From a virus (taxonomy: Duplodnaviria; Heunggongvirae; Uroviricota; Caudoviricetes), in IMG/VR virus record IMGVR_UViG_2740892258_000010: a stretch of DNA of 21,071 bases, one strand, 5' to 3'. A model generated the notes under the pieces. It ran no database searches. It saw only the letters and a program-made list of their open reading frames with translations, and was not told the DNA's origin. A program made the position numbers and the translations under genes. This document shows positions 16,102 through 21,071 of this stretch, in pieces. Every line of letters begins with the position of its first letter. Position 1 is the first letter of the stretch.

Positions 16102-16670
16102 AAACGGGGGCTGAAGCCATCCGCGCACTGGCCACACAGCTCCCGGTGTTTCGTCAGAAACTGAGCGACGGCTGGTATCAGGTACGGATTGCCGGGCGGG
16201 ACGTCAGCACGTCCGGGTTAACGGCGCAGTTACATGAGACTCTGCCTGATGGCGCTGTGATTCATATTGTTCCCAGAGTCGCCGGGGCCAAGTCAGGTGG
16301 CGTATTCCAGATTGTCCTGGGGGCTGCCGCCATTGCCGGATCATTCTTTACCGCCGGAGCCACCCTTGCAGCATGGGGGGCAGCCATTGGGGCCGGTGGT
16401 ATGACCGGCATCCTGTTTTCTCTCGGTGCCAGTATGGTGCTCGGTGGTGTGGCGCAGATGCTGGCACCGAAAGCCAGAACTCCCCGTACACAGACAACGG
16501 ATAACGGCAAACAGAACACCTATTTCTCCTCACTGGATAACATGGTTGCCCAGGGCAATGTTCTGCCGGTTCTGTACGGTGAAATGCGCGTGGGGTCACG
16601 CGTGGTTTCTCAGGAGATCAGCACGGCAGACGAAGGGGATGGTGGTCAGGTTGTGGTGATTGGTCGCTGA
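15999..16670 (+). CDS. I: Tail assembly protein I
   Basis: 223-aa ORF (MAATHTLPLASPGMARICLYGDLQRFGRRIDLRVKTGAEAIRA...) matching lambda I. Start lies inside the K 3' end. Confidence 0.9.
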   Translation: MAATHTLPLASPGMARICLYGDLQRFGRRIDLRVKTGAEAIRALATQLPVFRQKLSDGWYQVRIAGRDVSTSGLTAQLHETLPDGAVIHIVPRVAGAKSGGVFQIVLGAAAIAGSFFTAGATLAAWGAAIGAGGMTGILFSLGASMVLGGVAQMLAPKARTPRTQTTDNGKQNTYFSSLDNMVAQGNVLPVLYGEMRVGSRVVSQEISTADEGDGGQVVVIGR

Positions 16671-16678
16671 TGCAAAAT

Positions 16679-16790
16679 GTTTTATGTGAAACCGCCTCCG
16701 GGCGGTTTTATCGTTTATGGAGCATGACGAATGGGTTTTATGTGAAACCGCCTCCGGGCGGTTTTATCGTTTATGGAGCATGACGAATGG
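16679..16790. repeat. Perfect 56-bp tandem duplication spanning the I-J intergenic hairpin and the J start
   Basis: 16679-16734 and 16735-16790 are identical. Each copy carries the AAACCGCC-tccg-GGCGGTTTT hairpin and ATGGGT. The first ATG opens only a 4-codon ORF; the second is the J start. Confidence 0.9.
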
Positions 16791-18677
16791 GTAAAGGCAG
16801 CAGTAAGGGGCATACCCCGCGCGAAGCGAAGGACAACCTGAAATCCACGCAGCTGCTGAGTGTGATTGATGCCATCAGCGAAGGGCCGGTTGAAGGTCCG
16901 GTGGATGGATTAAAAAGCGTGCTGCTGAACAGTACGCCGGTGCTGGACAGTGAGGGGAATACTATAACCCGCAGACGCGGCAATACAGCGGTATCTGGGA
17001 CGGAACGTTTAAGCCAGCATACAGCAACAACATGGCCTGGTGTCTGTGGGATATGCTGACCCATCCGCGCTACGGCATGGGGAAACGTCTTGGTGCGGCT
17101 ATGTCATCGGCCAGAATTGCGACCAGTCGGTGCCGGATGGCTTTGGTGGCACGGAACCGCGTATCACCTGTAATGCCTGGCTGACCACGCAGCGCAAGGC
17201 GTGGGATGTGCTCAGTGATTTCTGCTCGGCGATGCGCTGTATGCCGGTATGGAACGGGCAGACGCTGGGGCGCACTTTGACGGCGACCAGAGCGGCACGG
17301 TGAATGGTGTCACGCCGCCAGCGGTGCAGCACCTGACTGCCGAAGTCACCGCAGACAGCGGGGAATATCAGGTGCTGGCGCGCTGGGACACGCCGAAGGT
17401 GGTGAAGGGGGTGAGCTTTATGCTTCGCCTGACCGTGGCAGCGGATGACGGCAGTGAGCGGCTGGTCAGCACGGCCCGGACGACGGAAACCACATACCGC
17501 TTCATGTACTGGATAGCCGCCAGTATCAATATCAAACCGGGCCATGATTATTATTTTTACATCCGCAGTGTGAACACCGTTGGCAAATCGGCATTTGTGG
17601 AGGCTGTTGGCCAGCCGAGTGATGATGCATCCGGCTATCTGAATTTTTTCAAAGGAGAGATAGGGAAAACCCATCTGGCTCAGGAGTTGTGGACGCAGAT
17701 TGATAACGGTCAGCTTGCGCCTGACCTGGCTGAAATCAGGACGTCCATTACGGGTGTCAGCAATGAAATCACGCAGACCGTCAATAAGAAACTGGAAGAC
17801 CAGAGTGCAGCGATCCAGCAGATACAGAAGGTTCAGGTTGATACAAATAATAACCTGAACAGCATGTGGGCTGAAGCTGCAGCAGATGCAGGACGGACGC
17901 CTTTATATCGCGGGTATTGGTGCCGGTGTTGAGAATACTCCTGACGGTATGCAGAGTCAGGTGCTGCTGGCGGCGGACAGGATTGCGATGATTAATCCTG
18001 CGAATGGCAACACAAAGCCGATGTTTGTTGGGCAGGGCGATCAGATATTCATGAACGAAGTGTTCCTGAAATATCTGACGGCTCCCACCATTACCAGCGG
18101 TGGCAATCCCCCAACGTTTTCACTGACACCTGATGGTCGACTTTCTGCGAAAAATGCGGATATCAGCGGTAACGTGAACGCGAACTCCGGGACGCTCAAC
18201 AACGTCACGATTAATCAGAACTGTCGGATTCTGGGAAAACTGTCAGCTAACCAGATTGAAGGTGATATTGTCAAAACGGTGGGAAAAGCCTTTCCGAGAA
18301 ATGGCAGTTATGCCAGCGGTACAATAACGGTCACTGTGTACGATGACCAGGCTTTTGACCGTCAGATAGTAGTCCCCCCCGTTCTGTTTCGTGGGGGTAA
18401 GCATGAAAACTTCAACAGCAACAACCAACAGTCATACTGGTATTCAACCTGTAAGCTGCAGGTACTGAAGAACGGACAGGAAATCTTTCAGCAACCCGCG
18501 ACGGATGTCAGCAGGGTATTTTCATCAGTCATTGATATGCCTGCCGGACACGGCCATGTCACCCTGACTTTCAATGTTTCTTCATATGGTGCTAATAACT
18601 GGACGCCAACGACCAGTATCAGCGACCTTCTTGTTGTTGTGATGAAGAAATCTACAGCCGGTATCAGTATCAGTTGA
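16787..18677 (+). pseudogene. J: Central tail fibre / host-specificity protein J, broken into four ORFs
   Basis: Successive ORFs 16787..17059, 17040..17303, 17249..17932 and 17886..18677 all carry lambda-J-like segments in different frames, with large internal segments missing relative to lambda J (1132 aa). The C-terminal about 260 aa differ from the lambda LamB-binding end. Confidence 0.8.
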
Positions 18678-18696
18678 ATTTTATAACCCAGATACG

Positions 18697-18722
18697 GGCG
18701 CCAGAAATGGCGCCTTTTTTAT
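18697..18722 (+). terminator. Intrinsic terminator between J and stf
   Basis: GGCGCC-agaaat-GGCGCC stem-loop followed by TTTTTTATTT. Confidence 0.6.
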
Positions 18723-18735
18723 TTGTGGAGTGAAT

Positions 18736-20796
18736 ATGGCAGTACAGATTTCAGGCGTGCTGAAAGACGGTGCAGGAAAACCGATACAGAACTGCACCAT
18801 TCAGCTCAAAGCAAAACGTAACAGCACCACGGTTGTGGTGAACACGGTGGCCTCAGAAAATCCGGATGAAGCCGGACGTTACAGCATGGATGTCGAGTAT
18901 GGCCAGTACAGCGTTATCCTGCTGGTTGAAGGTTTTCCGCCTTCACATGCCGGGGCCATCACCGTGTATGAGGATTCTAAGCCGGGGACATTGAATGATT
19001 TTCTGGGCGCTGCAACAGAAGATGATGTTCGTCCGGAGGCACTGTATCGTTTTGAAAAGATGGTGGAAGAGGTGGCACGCAACGCTGAAGCCGCCTCTCA
19101 GAGCGCAGCGGCAGCAAAGAAATCAGAAACAGCAGCGGCATCGTCCAGGAATGCGGCGAAAACATCAGAGACGAATGCAGGTAACAGCGCGAAAGCGGCA
19201 GCTTCTTCAAAAACAGCCGCACAAAACGCAGCAACAGCGGCAGAACGTTCAGAGACAAATGCCCGTGCGTCAGAAGAAGCCTCCGCAGACAGTGAAGAGG
19301 CTTCCCGCCGTAATGCAGAGTCAGCCGCTGAAAATGCCGGAGTCGCCACCACAAAAGCGCGGGAGGCCGCAGCAGACGCAACAAAGGCCGGGCAGAAAAA
19401 GGATGAGGCTCTGTCGGCAGCGACACGGGCTGAAAAGGCGGCAGACCGCGCAGAAGTCGCAGCGGAAGTGACTGCAGAGCCCTATGCGAATATAGTGCCG
19501 CCGCTGCCTGATGTGTGGATACCGTTTAACGATTCACTGGATATGATTGCGGGTTTTTCTCCGGGCTATAAAAAAATAGCTATTGGTGACGATGTGGTTC
19601 AGGTCGCCAGTGATAAACAGGTTAATTTCAGTCGCGCATCAACGGCAACATATATCAACAAATCTGGCGAACTGAAAACGGCGGAAATTAATGAGCCGCG
19701 ATTTGAGTGTGATGGCCTGCTTATTGAGGGACAAAGAACGAACTACATGCTCAATTCGGAAAGTCCAGCCAGCTGGGGGAAGTCATCAAACATGGATGTG
19801 CCCGAAACCGGGACAGATAGTTTTGGTTTTACTTATGGAAAGTTTGTCTGCAACGATTCTCTGGTTGGGCAAACTTCGGCTATTAATATGGCATCAATTG
19901 CTGCAACAAAGTCAGTTGATGTCTCAGGCGATAACAAGTACGTGACAACCTCATGCCGTTTTAAAACAGAACGACAGGTAAGGTTACGTATACGGTTTGA
20001 TAAGTATGATGGTAGTGCAACAACTTTTCTTGGCGATGCGTACATTGATACGCAAACGCTTGAAATTAATATGACAGGTGGGGCTGCCGGCAGAATTACG
20101 GCACGAGTCAGGAAGGATAAGACCACAGGCTGGATTTTTGCAGAGGCAACGATTCAGGCAATTGATGGTGAGTTAAAAATAGGCTCTCAGATACAGTATT
20201 CTCCTGAGCGGGGTGGGGCAACAGTATCTGGTGACTATATTTATCTTGCCACCCCACAAGTAGAGAATGGGCCGTGTGTATCATCATTTATTATTTCAGG
20301 AGGCAGCGCAACGACAAGAGCCAGTGATTTGGTTAGTATCCCCACCAGAAATAATCTTTATAAGTTACCATTTACTTTTTTACTTGAGATTCATAAAAAC
20401 TGGGATATTGCACCAAACGCCGCACCCCGCGTGTGGGATATAGCAGCAGCCAATACCGGGCAATCAGCAATTGCAGCAATCAACAGAGGTAGTGGTAAGT
20501 TATATATGAGTCTGTCAAACCCTTCAGGCTTGTATGTTAATAGCGCAGCGACAGATGTATTTGCAGAGAAAACCACATTTGGATGTATTGCAAAAGCTGA
20601 TGGTCACTTTCATGTGGTGACAAATGGTAAAGCGGTTAATGAAGTTTATTGTGAATATAATGGTGTGACCGCTGATAAAAATATCCGATTTGGAGGGCAG
20701 ACGAATACTGGAGAACGACATCTGTTTGGCCATATTCGCAATTTCCGCATATGGCATAAAGAATTAAATGACAGGCAATTAAAAGAGGTCGTATGA
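18736..20796 (+). CDS. stf: Side tail fibre protein: lambda-Stf-like N-terminus, Ala-rich shaft, distinct C-terminal putative receptor-binding domain
   Basis: Start at ATG 18736 with GGAG upstream; the ORF track starts at GTG 18730. The first ~120 aa match lambda Stf (MAVQISGVLKDGAGKPIQNCTIQLKAKRNSTTVVVNTV...). The C-terminal ~400 aa are AT-richer and end in a LamG/ConA-like-looking signature (FGHIRNFRIWHKELNDRQLKEV). Confidence 0.8.
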   Translation: MAVQISGVLKDGAGKPIQNCTIQLKAKRNSTTVVVNTVASENPDEAGRYSMDVEYGQYSVILLVEGFPPSHAGAITVYEDSKPGTLNDFLGAATEDDVRPEALYRFEKMVEEVARNAEAASQSAAAAKKSETAAASSRNAAKTSETNAGNSAKAAASSKTAAQNAATAAERSETNARASEEASADSEEASRRNAESAAENAGVATTKAREAAADATKAGQKKDEALSAATRAEKAADRAEVAAEVTAEPYANIVPPLPDVWIPFNDSLDMIAGFSPGYKKIAIGDDVVQVASDKQVNFSRASTATYINKSGELKTAEINEPRFECDGLLIEGQRTNYMLNSESPASWGKSSNMDVPETGTDSFGFTYGKFVCNDSLVGQTSAINMASIAATKSVDVSGDNKYVTTSCRFKTERQVRLRIRFDKYDGSATTFLGDAYIDTQTLEINMTGGAAGRITARVRKDKTTGWIFAEATIQAIDGELKIGSQIQYSPERGGATVSGDYIYLATPQVENGPCVSSFIISGGSATTRASDLVSIPTRNNLYKLPFTFLLEIHKNWDIAPNAAPRVWDIAAANTGQSAIAAINRGSGKLYMSLSNPSGLYVNSAATDVFAEKTTFGCIAKADGHFHVVTNGKAVNEVYCEYNGVTADKNIRFGGQTNTGERHLFGHIRNFRIWHKELNDRQLKEVV

Positions 20797-21071
20797 AAGA
20801 TTTAACTTTGAAGTTTCATGACAAACTGCAGTTTAAGGCCTTCCTGTCATCTCTTGACTGGGAGGAGGATGAAGACCTCCAGAATAAACTGTTAGTCGAT
20901 GAAATTGGTTTCACCTACACAGAAACAGGGGTAACAGAAGAGGGAGAACCTGTCTGTGTCCGGAATGACGGTTATTTTGTCAACATTCGCATTCTTGATG
21001 ACTTGTTTGATGTTTCTGTATTCTCTGATTATGTCGTGGAGCTGGAAACACCGCTTCGGGAATGGAGCTGA
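20793..21071 (+). CDS. Hypothetical acidic protein downstream of stf (possible fibre accessory/chaperone; not lambda Tfa)
   Basis: 92-aa ORF whose ATG overlaps the stf stop (ATGA). The stop codon is the last three bases of the window. No similarity to lambda Tfa recognised. Confidence 0.4.
   Translation: MKDLTLKFHDKLQFKAFLSSLDWEEDEDLQNKLLVDEIGFTYTETGVTEEGEPVCVRNDGYFVNIRILDDLFDVSVFSDYVVELETPLREWS

Noticed and set aside
17099-17674. 191-aa minus-strand ORF
   Set aside because: Antisense to J-homologous sequence in a GC-rich region; no independent support.
18977-19471. Overlapping 149-aa (minus) and 158-aa (plus, different frame) ORFs inside stf
   Set aside because: They fall in the Ala/Ser-rich repetitive shaft region of stf, where GC-rich codon repeats keep alternative frames open. 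The stf frame carries the lambda-like homology.
1-21071. Searched by eye for tRNA, rRNA or an att core within the window
   Set aside because: None seen. The integrase stop is at position 1-3, so attL and any tRNA target lie outside the window. The right end stops inside the tail-fibre locus, before attR.

Overview
This window is the body of a lambda-like (lambdoid) prophage, starting exactly at the integrase stop codon (so attL lies just outside the left edge) and ending in the side-tail-fibre locus. All homology calls are from reading the translations and recalling phage lambda/21/P22 proteins; no database search was run. The backbone is lambda-type: int/xis, small early ORFs, exo-bet-gam, kil, cIII, ea10, ral, orf28, sieB, the cII C-terminus, O, bor, E, FII, Z, K, I, J and the stf N-terminus. 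The immunity region (N, nutL, pL/oL, cI, oR/pR, cro, nutR, cII N-terminus) is of a different lambdoid type, and the lysis genes are phage-21-like (pinholin plus SAR endolysin). The element looks cryptic: O is frameshifted by a perfect 56-bp tandem duplication in the ori iterons, P through Q are absent, Rz/Rz1 is split by a ~650-bp insert, terminase/portal/head genes are absent (E survives only as a 3' fragment), Z is fused to the 3' half of K, and J is broken into four ORFs. The most interesting unexplained content is an AT-rich, translationally coupled two-gene cassette (7470..8776, minus strand) sitting between cI and its terminator, the slot that rexA-rexB occupy in lambda. I do not recognise either protein and propose it as a candidate lysogen-expressed exclusion or abortive-infection module.
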